Source: Neoechinorhynchus agilis
Lineage: Eukaryota > Animalia > Acanthocephala
DNA: 64,000 bases
Assembly: GCA_051530055.1 (NCBI GenBank)
Contig: CM121343.1
Coordinates: forward strand, 776,389 to 840,388
Direction: 5' to 3'
Part shown: positions 1 to 10,984 of the stretch, piece by piece
Layout of the letters: every line of letters begins with the position of its first letter
Position numbering within the stretch: the first letter of the stretch is position 1
Translations under genes and position numbers: made by a program
The notes under the pieces: model-generated
The model's input: only the letters and a program-made list of their open reading frames with translations
Databases searched by the model: none
Told to the model about the DNA's origin: nothing

Positions 1-1030
1 CCCCCGGGTTTAACAGCGGCGAATTTTATGTTGCTGGCTACGAATGGCGTCTTAGCCTTCTGGCCACGGGAATACTGTGACACCGTCCGGTCTACGGCCA
101 TCGAGTCAGGAAAAATTGCTCCGCTCTAGGATGTTGGGCGCATTTACAGTATTCAGAGCACGACTAAGAGCATTGCGTTCACTTCGGCGTATCGTCAGTA
201 CCTTCCTTCTGATTGCCGACAGACGAGACCATGGCATCCCGATGGTTCCACGGTCGCTCCACAACGGCAGCGATGGGATGTGCACATCGGTACCCCAAGT
301 CTCAGGGACACTGCAATCCTTACTGCTTCGTCCGAAAGGTACTCACAGAAGCGATTGGGATAGCGTTGAGCCAAGCAACCGTTTCTCTTGTAAAGACTGC
401 CGCCAATCGAGTTTGGTTCACCAGGTCACGAGAATTTGAAATTAAAGAGTTGTGAATTCTACCTAGGAAGAGTCCCAAACTGATTGTTTGCAACCATTAA
501 CGGAGACCTGCTCGCTATCGGAATCTCCACACCAATGATTAAGAGCCTTCACGAAATCGTCATCCAAAGTGTAATTATCGCAAAGACAAGATTGAACTAT
601 TTTGCGGCTTGCTTCATACGATCCCAAATAAGCTGGCGGAAAAAATCAACTGTTTTGCGGATACCCAAACCGCCGGACGACACAGGCAAGGACGCCTAAC
701 GCCAGGCCTCGTCCGGCAGCTGAGTATTTAAAATTTTCTCGAGAGGCTTTCACCGTCTGGTCTAATTTTGCCATCTTATCTTATGTCTAAAAAGGTACTG
801 TGTGCAGCTTATATAGCAATTTTGGAATCAAGAGGGTGTTCTTGATCGGGGACAGTCTCGTGTGAAGATAATTCATCAACTCGTTCGCACAGCACCGAAA
901 GTTGCGGTTGAAGATTGGCAATCTCCGCTTCCGTATTAGAATCAAAAATACAGCTTCCTTGAAGACTCAACCGGTCTAGAGTTATCAATTCCATCCCGGG
1001 GCCAGGTTCCGAATCCCGCATTTCACAGAA
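1..1030 (-). mobile_element. Degenerate CRE-clade non-LTR retrotransposon: RT C-terminus plus Zn-knuckle/restriction-like endonuclease region; runs off the window start
   Basis: Minus-strand frames give LIPKLLYKLHT, SLEKILNTQLPDEAWR*ASLPVSSGGLGIRK, and the CRCG..GCHGLVCR knuckle region. 1-460 is a near-identical inverted copy of about 16945-17410. Stops and frameshifts present. Confidence 0.8.
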
Positions 1031-1092
1031 TTCAGTTCAATGCTGATTTTCGTCATTTTTTCACGAGTGTGTCCAGGTTCCAGCCGTTAAAG

Positions 1093-1560
1093 CTAACACC
1101 ACTGCGTGGTCATAAGTGAAAACCTGGCTAGTTTGCACTTCGTGTAGTGCATATTCGATGATATCACCTTCTGGGTTTTGAACCGTTTATATTCGGCCAA
1201 TATCGTCTTCTGATTCTGGCTTGCTTGTTCAATGTAATTCTGTTGCATTGCCTGCAAGAAACCTTGTAGACAACAGCCATCTTTTCCACCTCCTGGTATT
1301 TCCGGGAAATGAGGTTTCATATCAGCACAGAAGGTCGAAATTAAAATTGACATTTTTCCTAAGTATCCTAGAAATTTTGTTAATCCAACAGTTGGTTTGT
1401 GGGCAAGGGTCCGACACCCCAATGCGTTGATCCATACGATTCGGGTCAACGATTGTTTATTTGACTGGGTCTTTCTCGCATGGTCCACTAGCTCCCACGC
1501 TGAAGTAAGAACATCTTTTGGGTACCCCAACTTGCTGAAAATTCGTTTCAACTGTTGGTT
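1093..1560 (-). mobile_element. Penelope-like element fragment (RT tail plus GIY-YIG endonuclease), frameshifted
   Basis: KLGYPKDVL (PLE L..NGYP motif), then VVYKVSCRQC joined by a frameshift to NYIEQASQNQKTILAEYKR, a GIY-YIG-like signature. Confidence 0.65.
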
Positions 1561-3310
1561 TTCATCACTGAGACACTCATTATTGTAGAGGTTGTAGGCA
1601 CGACGAAGGAAACCTTTGAATATCCATAGTATATAATTATTTGTTTCAGTTCAATACATCTAGAAACGGCAACTTTCCGGTTTCATCGGACCTATTCATG
1701 TTCATTGAGAGGATTATTTCGAGATACACGAGAGTATCAGCGATTTCCGTACAGAAAAACTTTTTCAATCGCGTAAAACAATTTCAATTGCGGTCAAAGC
1801 AAATTATTTTTTAAATAACGCGACGATGAATAAAGCCTAAAAAGATACGAACAAAAGCATTTTGATTTTTGTTGCCATCGGTGTTCATGCATTAGTCCAA
1901 TAATTCATTCTCAGGATCATATCACAACGAAAGTTTAAATGAAATTGCACTTTGGCGGTCTGTTGGATGAGAATATTCTTAAACATTTCTGTGCAGCATC
2001 TTTACAGTCATCGCTATCTTTAGAGCAAAGGCAATTTAGCATTCGTACCTTTTGAGCGAAGCGGTCGCTTAATTATTCAATAAAATTGCGACTAATAGAT
2101 TGTTTAATTTAGGTTTTGAATCCCCCAAAAATTAATAAAGGAAAATTCCCAATTTTGTTTTGCCCGAACAATAGACGAGGGCACGGTAGCAAATCAAGTG
2201 GTTTTGGTTAAAGAAGCAATGTAAGGTCATCTCGAGATATTGACTGTGCGAGAATGCATTTAACGATCCAATGAAGTGGACCGGACGCTAAAAGTAACTG
2301 AAGATGGTTGGCACAACTAAAGACAGCGACTTAAAACATTAATTGTTGAAGATGATGAGCGGATCCAAGATTATGGAACTAGATGTTCAAAGACGTCCAT
2401 TCTAAGTAACTACTTCAAAGTTGACAGCGTTCCACATTACAACTTTTTTAATTTCGCAATTAAAATCGACCCACCATGTGATTCAACGATGATAGAAACA
2501 AAGGTTCTTAAGATTGTTTAGAAAATCGGAATAATCAAGTCTTTAGTTTTTTACCAATCAACATGGCTCGTAAACCTGAAATCCAGGAATATTTGAACAT
2601 TCAGTTTCGAAATGTGAGATACAAAAGTGACGAAATCGAAACTGAGCTGTTCATTGCAATACTCGGTCTCATCATTCCAGGGCGATTGCATAAAGTTGGT
2701 TGCCAGACGATCCAGCGGAAAATGTTCGGACGTAGAGAATCAGAAGCTTTTCAGATCTTTCCAGCGATAAAACATCGATTTTGCTTCGAGAAGGCGGTCG
2801 CTAGATGTTTTGTGTTGATCGGATTAACAAAATAGTCTACAAGAAAATGGTATCGGAAAAATGTATCGTCACGAACCTCGATTCAAATTATGAACGTCGG
2901 TATCATATACACGAAGTAGTTGGATCTTCGGTGACGACTTCCTACGACTTTATCGTCTAATGGACTTTAATTTTAGCTGTGACTCTACATGAAGATTATC
3001 TGCAGACGATAATCGGCTCGCATCAATAACAATTTTTACATCAATCTGATTAGAATTGCGCGAATATTTCACATTAAAGAGCAAATAAACAATTACAAAA
3101 GGTATAATGCTAATTTCCAAATTTTTCTGTATTAAAGTCCCCATTAGACGTTGGTTTAGGTACCGATAAAATCGAACGGTCACAACGAATTGAGCAAGAG
3201 CTTAGGTTTAAAATGTTGTCGATACAAAATGGTTCACTTTTGGACCAAAACATCCTTAGGGGTCTTAACGTGAAAATCTAATCGACAATTAATAACAAAT
3301 TCAAGGCAAT

Positions 3311-3660
3311 TTATCTGCGCGGCATCCAGGACTTCAGAACTTCGCCGTAAGTTTTTCTTTTCTCGAATAATCCCGGAAAATCATCAGAATGCTTTCTCAC
3401 GTAATCCCAAACGATTAATCGCGCTTGGTCTCGCGATCTATGATGATGAGCTTGAATGTAACCACCAATAAAGAATCCACCAACGAGCAGTCCGGCAACG
3501 TGCGGCAAATGTCCTCCGTAGAGTGGAATTCCTTTGATTTTAATTCTAAGGACGTTCTCCTTGAATATGACGAGTTTTTACCGTTTTTATCAAAACTACT
3601 TTCCTCGCGTGGTTCGGTGAACATCACGTACGGAAATCTATAAGGCTCGTAGCCATTCAG
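3311..3660 (-). CDS. NDUFC2: NADH dehydrogenase 1 subunit C2 (B14.5b)-like; C-terminal half intact, 5' part disrupted or unresolved
   Basis: KIKGIPLYGGHLPHVAGLLVGGFFIGGY...RDQARLIVWDYVRKHSDDFPGLFEKRKTYGEVLKSWMPRR resembles the NDUFC2 C-terminus (YI..HPEDF...KKY.EV...W.P.R). No clean upstream exon found. Confidence 0.6.
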
Positions 3661-3689
3661 GTTCCGATCTAAAATAAAAATACATCAGC

Positions 3690-3790
3690 CTACAGCCGTC
3701 AGGTTCATTTCGGGTGATGATATCCGAGAAGATTCGGAAGTGTGGAAAGAGGAGCGGAGGTAGAAGAAGCTGCGAGGTATAAGACGATCA
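3690..3790 (-). mobile_element. Short 3' fragment of the APE-RT LINE family seen at 11-14 kb and 55 kb
   Basis: aggttcatttcgggtgatgatatccgagaagatt closely matches about 54975-55005 and resembles about 11397-11435. Confidence 0.45.
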
Positions 3791-3806
3791 AAGGATCGCC
3801 ATTCGA

Positions 3807-6800
3807 TGTAAATTGCACTTATTGAACGAAAGTGAGAAAGATTGGATTCATCCGCAATTGGGACATATCAAAAGTTACGCCTTTCATTGCCCACTTGACT
3901 CAAACATGGTCTTGAAATATGAGCATTTCAGTCCTGAAAACGAGTGAGAATCATCGACGTATCCGTTACAATCACAAAATATCATTATTCGCACATCACA
4001 GCTTTAAAGACTTTGGCTTAAGACATTGGTCGGAACAGCTCATGCAATTCGGTTATCATTTCAGGCAATTATCTTATGAAAAAGAGATATTTAAGCAATC
4101 AACATACAATATTATCCATGCTGATCGATGATGGTATTTTCCGACTACGCAGTGTAAATGTTACTCAACGCTTAGCGATTAATAGACGTATAACGAAAAT
4201 GTCGAGACAAAAATTATATACAAACAAATGCTTTTAGAATTAAAATTAAAAAGTAAAAGTATAATCGTTGGATTATAAAGAAATCCTAAACAAATAGACA
4301 CTTATCGTTTGTCTACATATTAAAGCAAAGTCCATCTATGATATGCGCATCGAAGAAAGCAACCAAGGAGTTATTTGAAAGTATTCGAGTAGTAGACAAC
4401 TTCAGTATAAGCTATACTTTTTAATAGAACTGAATATTCACATATAATCGCTGGAAGCTTCTTCGAAACTAGAACTGCTTCTAAATAATCAATAAAAGAT
4501 GTCAGATCATCCTTTCGAAAATCTATTAAATGTGGATTTTTTTATCCGGAAATATTATTTTTATGAAATCCGCACACAAAAAGAGAAATAAACATAGCTG
4601 AACAAAGTCCGAATGTTTATCTTTTTGGTCACGATAAGGCGTTGAGTAACATTTACACTGTTGAGTCGGCAAATACTACCGTCGATCTGCATGGATAATG
4701 CTGTAAATGGATTGTGAGCTGCTCTGAAAATGTCTGAAATCAAAAAGCAGCGGAAGCTCTAAAGAATACATTAACGGAAGTCAATTATACCTTTTTTGTT
4801 ATATCGGATGCGTTTTTAGTTCTCATACGTTTCATTACTAAAATACTCCCTAGACAATGTCCGAGTCAAGTTGGCAATGTTGGGCGTCTTTTATGATATA
4901 TCGACACCACAGATAAATCGAGTCTTTCTCTCTCTCGTTCAAACCAATTTTCTAAAATATCAATTTATGTCAGGAGGTAAGAAACAAAGGAAAATGTTAC
5001 AAATTTGGTTTACTAACAACGAAATGGCTCAAGGTTGGATACCTCGAATCATCATGGAAGACTCAATATCCGCATTTGAACTCAATTGAACTAAGAACAA
5101 TCGCGAAAAAGGGGACAAAGGAGTCCGCTACTTTGGCTCTTTGAAATGAATTTGAATAACGCAATCAACAAAGCGAAATTCTTGACAATTATCGTATTGG
5201 GATGCAGTGATTAATTGGAAGAAATAAAAACGTTCAATGAGCAACGTAACCAGAATCTTCATTTAAACGTTGATAAATCGGGCAACAAAAGTTCAAAGTT
5301 CAATCGCCAAAATTCGCTCGATGGTAAGCACAATCAAGAAAGAGCGAAATTGGCAGAGACTTTACAAATCCTTCATGTAAGGCGCTTAAGATTGCAATTA
5401 CCGACCACATAACCCAAATTCGTCTAAGGCCTACAATGAAACTAATCAAATTATCCACTCGATCATAAAGACGAAGACTAAAGTTCGGTTGTTCAACAAT
5501 AAAGAAATATTCCTCTTAAACATTCTCAAGGAGAAGAGAAGCATTGATCCGACTTACGGGATATACAGAATAAAGTGATAGACTTTTACCGGATAAAACG
5601 ATGTGGGGCAAATGAGAATCACAAAAACATAAGCAGGTCTACAGCCGATTTGGGCACTATTCCGCTAAATCCAATAACCAAGATATTCTGTAAAATCCCG
5701 TAGATTTTCATGGCCCGCATTTTGTGGAGAGAGAACAGAACCCTAAAAGGTGCCTTGTCCCGTCCAACTCCCTGGGAAGGAAACAAGACTTTGGCTAAAA
5801 CTATCGGCGAGCGGCTTGTTGAAAATTGACGATCCCTCAATTTAGATTGAAATGCATTTGCAATGTACTGCACAGACTGACTGCGGTGGACATTTCACTT
5901 TCCTATGGCAATATCAAGAGATCCATAGATAGTGGAAGCACGATATTTGAACGGACCACAGCCTGACGATCCACGTGGAGCAATGGGCAAGAATCACTTT
6001 TCCATCCGGAACTGTTAAAATGATTATTTGATTCTGGCACGGAAGGTAATCGAGTAGACAACTTCATTACCTCTGAATTCAACAGTGAGAACTGTTCGTA
6101 TTTTTCATGTCCAGCTACGAGTGAGAATTTATCCGACGAAAGGACAACGATATCGCTGCTGTACAGCGAGTCTTAGAAGAAAATGATGTTGTTAGAGCCG
6201 AAATAGTAGTTATTTTGACGAGCAACTACTGCAGCACCGGCTTCTATACAAACTACGAAGGTTTTTTTATCGATGGAATACGAAATTCCGAGTCAATTTA
6301 TCAAATATAGGAACTTCGGGCGTGCAAAATGTCAACCATGGCAAAAAGTGGCATTCAGATCTGATGCAAAGCAGGAAGTGAGCTTTGCTTTGTATCTGGT
6401 TGATTCGGAGAGTCATTTAGGGAGGCGATGGCGATTACCCCAATTTCATCAGTGGTTTCTTCTTTAAATTCGACCTGTTCAAAATGTTATTAACGGTGTT
6501 TCATGCAATCTCCGGGACAGGAGTTGGTCACTTGTCCGACGATGTGCATAGCAGGAGCGATCAGCCGGTACAAAAATAACAATGGCAGCAAAGTACCAAC
6601 ATCCATTGTTGTTGTTTACAGCGACGGCCAGCTCGGATATATCGGGATGAGTGAACGTCAACAAATTCTCAAATCGATTAGTATGGTCGTTGGATTAAGT
6701 GAAAACGAAGCGCCGAAGCCAATAATCACGTACATTGTAGTAAAGAAGCGAATCGATTTCCGATTCTTCATATTGGGCAGTCCAAACGAACCTTTGACCA

Positions 6801-6860
6801 ACCCCATTAGCGGTCTTGTTGTTGGAAGAATTTTTGACGGTGGAACGATGGAGAGATTTC
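3807..6860 (+). repeat. Left arm of a ~3 kb inverted duplication
   Basis: Reverse complement of about 7600-10659; paired ORFs in the track (e.g. 3919-4131/10335-10547, 5215-5412/9055-9252, 6273-6467/7996-8190). Confidence 0.95.
4111..4699. mobile_element. MITE-like ~590 bp element with ~60 bp imperfect terminal inverted repeats, nested in the left arm
   Basis: attatccatgctgatcgatgatggtattttccgactacgcagtgtaaatgttactcaacgctta pairs with taaggcgttgagtaacatttacactgttgagtcggcaaatactaccgtcgatctgcatggataat. Confidence 0.55.
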
Positions 6861-6979
6861 TATATTGTGGCACAAAGAGTTACTCAAAGTTCAGCGACGT
6901 AACTTCAACATCCAGGCGGATAAAAACGAGTTCTCGATGGACGAAATGCAGCAAATCTCCTATAAGTTGTGAGCAATAG
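6503..6979 (+). CDS. Hypothetical beta-rich ORF (158 aa) that reads out of the left arm into the spacer; truncated inverted copy at 7652-7960
   Basis: ORF track. Segments such as SIVVVYSDGQLGYI look like a beta-propeller blade, but no family was recognised. Confidence 0.3.
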   Translation: MQSPGQELVTCPTMCIAGAISRYKNNNGSKVPTSIVVVYSDGQLGYIGMSERQQILKSISMVVGLSENEAPKPIITYIVVKKRIDFRFFILGSPNEPLTNPISGLVVGRIFDGGTMERFLYCGTKSYSKFSDVTSTSRRIKTSSRWTKCSKSPISCEQ

Positions 6980-7131
6980 GAGTGCCACCAGCGATCGCAT
7001 TCACCTTAAACAGAATACAATTTCAAAATCATTTCATAAATGACACTATTCGACCTCCGAAGATAATCTTGATCCTTCATTATAATCGTTTTTCGTCCAA
7101 AAACCTTTTTCTGAATTTATGCCAACTTTGA

Positions 7132-7326
7132 TTAGGGCGGCAAATGTCCTCTGTAGCGTGGAATTCCTTTGATTTTGTTTCTAAGTGCAAGTCCGAAGAT
7201 TAGAACACCACGAAGAATAAATCGCAAATCGCTGAACATCACGTACGAGAATCCATAAAATCTATAACGGTCGTTGCTATTCAGGTTCCGATCGAGATTT
7301 GGCTTTGGTGATGATTGATTACTCAA
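7132..7326 (-). pseudogene. Second, N-terminal-only NDUFC2-like copy in the palindrome spacer
   Basis: DRNLN..YVMFS..GVLIFGLALRNKIKGIPRYRGHLP* shares DNA blocks with 3500-3670 and stops before the C-terminal half. Confidence 0.5.
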
Positions 7327-7599
7327 ATAAAAATACGCTACCCTTCGTCCGTCAATTGCGGTGTCTTCATAATAAAAAGTGGAGAAGTTGCATAATCAAT
7401 ACGTAGAATACTAAAGAACTCCTTGAGCATCGCCATGGCAACCAAACCATCGATAAAATCACAAAATTAGCGTTCCCTTGGATACGGAAGAACTTACAAT
7501 TCAATTCTTAGACGTTGTTTTGATTTGGTAGTTATAGAAAACTGGTCTCATGGCGACTTCGTCTTCCTTATGCCGCTTCTCAAGCGTCCCCAATCTTTA

Positions 7600-10500
7600 G
7601 ACCATTGAGGGAATCTCTCCATCGTCCCAAGTTCTGCCAACAACAAGACCGTCATCGAGATTTGTTTGGACTGCCCAATATGAAGAATCGGAAATCGATT
7701 CGCTTCTTTACTACAATGTACGTGATTTTTGGCTTCGGCGCTTCGTTTTCACTTGATCCAACGACCATACTAATCGATTTGAGAATTTGTTGACATTCAC
7801 TCATCCCGATATATCCGAGCTGGCCGTCACCAATTCCGTCGCTGTAAACAACAACAATGGATGTTGGTACTTTGCTGCCATTGTTATTTTTGTACCGGCT
7901 GATCGCTCCTGCTATGCACATCGTCGGACAAGTGACCAACTCCTGTCCCGGAGATTGCATGAAACACCGTTAATAACATTTTGAACAGGTCGAATTTAAA
8001 GAAGAAACCACTGATGAAATTGGGGTAATCGCCATCGCCTCCCTAAATGACTCTCCGAATCAACCGGATACAAAGCAAAGCTCACTTCCTGCTTTGCATC
8101 AGATCTGAATGCCACTTTTTGCCATGGTTGACATTTTGCACGCCCGAAGTTCCTATATTTGATAAATTGACTCGGAATTTCGTATTCCATCGATAAAAAA
8201 AACCTTCGTAGTTTGTATAGAAGCCGGTGCTGCAGTAGTTGCTCGTCAAAATAACTACTATTTCGGCTCTAACAACATCATTTTCTTCTAAGACTCGCTG
8301 TACAGCAGCGATATCGTTGTCCTTTCGTCGGATAAATTCTCACTCGTAGCTGGACATGAAAAATACGAACAGTTCTCACTGTTGAATTCAGAGAGGTAAT
8401 GAAGTTGTCTACTCGATTACCTTCCGGTGCCAGAATCAACAATCATTTTAACAGTTCCGGATGGAAAAGTGATTCTTGCCCATTGCTCCACGTGGATCGT
8501 CAGGCTGTGGTTCGTTCAAATATCGTGCTTCCACTATCTATGGATCTCTTGATATTGCCATAGGAAAGTGAAGTGTCCACCGCAGTCAGTCTGTGCAGTA
8601 CATTGCAAATGCATTTCAATCTAAATTGAGGGATCGTCAATTTTCAACAAGCCGCTCGCCGATAGTTTTAGCCAAAGTCTTGTTTCCTTCCCAGGGAGTT
8701 GGACGGGACAAGGCACCTTTTAGGGTTCTGTTCTCTCTCCACAAAATGCGGGCCATGAAAATCTACGGGATTTTACAGAATATCTTGGTTATTGGATTTA
8801 GCGGAATAGTGCCCAAATCGGCTGTAGACCTGCTTATGTTTTTGTGATTCTCATTTGCCCCACATCGTTTTATCCGGTAAAAAGTCTATCACTTTATTCT
8901 GTATATCCCGTTATTCGGATCAATGCTTCTCTTCTCCTTGAGAATGTTTAAGAGGAATATTTCTTTATTGTTGAACAACCGAACTTTAGTCTTCGTCTTT
9001 ATGATCGAGTGGATAATTTGATTAGTTTCATTGTAGGCCTTAGACGAATTTGGGTTATGTGGTCGGTAATTGCAATCTTAAGCGGCTTACATGAAGGGTT
9101 TGTAAAGTCTCTGCCAATTTCGCTCTTTCTTGATTGTGCTTACCATCGAGCGAATTTTGGCGATTGAACTTTGAACATTTGTTGCCCGATTTATCAACGT
9201 TTAAATGAAGATTCTGGTTACGTTGCTCATTGAACGTTTTTATTTCTTCCAATTAATCACTGCATCCCAATACGATAATTGTCAAGAATTTCGCTTTGTT
9301 GATTGCGTTATTCAAATTCATTTCAAAGAGCCAAAGTAGCGGACTCCTTTGTCTTCTTTTTCGCGATTGTTCTTAGTTCAATTGAGTTCAAATGCGGATA
9401 TTGGGTCTTCCATGATGATTCGAGGTATCCAACTTTGAGCCGTTTCGTTGTTAGTAAACCAAATTTGTAACATTTTCCTTTGTTTCTTACCTCCTGACAT
9501 AAATTGATATTTTAGAAAATTGGTTTGAACGAGAGAGAGAAAGACTCGATTTATCTGTGGTGTCGATATATCATAAAAGACGCCCAACATTGCCAACTTG
9601 ACTCGGACATTGTCTAGGAGTATTTTAGTAATGAAACGTATGAGAATCCAAAACGCATCCGATATAATAAAAAGGTATAATTGACTTCCGTTAATGTATT
9701 CTTTAGAGCTTCCATGCTTTTTATTTCAGACATTTGTCAGAGCAGCTCAGCAATCCATTTACAGCATTATCCATGCAGATCGACGGTAGTATTTGCCGAC
9801 TCAACAGTGTAAATGTTACTCAACGCCTTATCGTGACCAAAAAGATAAACATTCGGGCTTTGTTCAGCTATGTTTATTTCTCTTTTTGTGTGCGGATTTC
9901 ATAAAAATAATATTTCCGGATAAAAAAAATCCACATTTAATAGATTTTCTAAAGGATGATCTGACATCTTTTATTGATTATTTAGAAGCAGTTCTAGTTT
10001 CGAAGAAGCTTCCAGCGATTAAATGTGAATATTCAGTTCTATCAAAAAGTATAGCTTATACTGAAGTTGTCTACTACTCGAATACTTTCAAATAACTCCT
10101 TGGTTGCTTTCTTCGATGCGCATATCATAGATGGACTTTGCTTTAATATGTAGACAAACGATAAGTGTCTATTTGTTTAGGATTTCTTTATAATCCAACG
10201 ATTATACTTTTACTTTTTAATTTTAATTCTAAAAGCATTTGTTTGTATATAATTTTTGTCTCGACATTTTCGTTATACGTCCATTAATCGCTAAGCGTTG
10301 AGTAACATTTACACTGCGTAGTCGGAAAATACCATCATCGATCAGCATGGATAATATTGTATGTTGATTGCTTAAATATCTCTTTTTCATAAGATAATTG
10401 CCTGAAATGATAAACGAATTGCATGAGCTGTTCCGACCAATGTCTTAAGCCAAAGTCTTTAAAGCTGTGATGTGCGAATAATGATATTTTGTGATTGTAA

Positions 10501-10659
10501 CGGATACGTCGATGATTCTCACTCGTTTTCAGGACTGAAATGCTCATATTTCAAGACCATGTTTGAGTCAAGTGGGCAATGAAAGGCGTAACTTTTGATA
10601 TGTCCCAATTGCGGATGAATCCAATCTTTCTCACTTTCGTTCAATAAGTGCAATTTACA
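7600..10659 (-). repeat. Right arm of the ~3 kb inverted duplication
   Basis: Outer ends tgtaaattgcac (3807) / gtgcaatttaca (10659). High identity out to about 6788/7663 and weaker similarity inward to about 6860/7600. Confidence 0.95.
9766..10355. mobile_element. Duplicate of the nested MITE-like element in the right arm
   Basis: Same ~60 bp inverted termini as 4111-4699. Confidence 0.55.
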
Positions 10660-10984
10660 CTGAACTAAGAACTTTTATCAGTTTATTCAATCTTATGATG
10701 AGAAAGATCTTGATAAAGTTCCGTACTGAACTGTGTTCGAAAACACTTTTAAGATTTCGACGAAAGTTAGCAGATCTCTCGGGGTAGTACATCTCGGAAT
10801 CTTTGACAGTTTCGCTCTAGTGCACTTTTCGAATGAACAATGAATCTTGAATCCGAACTCTAACCGGAGCTCGATGGAGTGGCATTTTGATTGAAGTGAG
10901 GTTTGGATTTTGTTGTCTTTTCAGCATTGGATAGATTGATAATTATATGAATTACACGTTTTTTGTTAAAGAAACAAAGAATTG

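Noticed and set aside
2563-2960. Possible transposase remnant
   Set aside because: No DDE motif or recognisable conserved block could be aligned by eye.
8008-8060. CUGAUGA in the arms of the 6.85 kb palindrome
   Set aside because: No stem II followed by GAAA; a chance heptamer.
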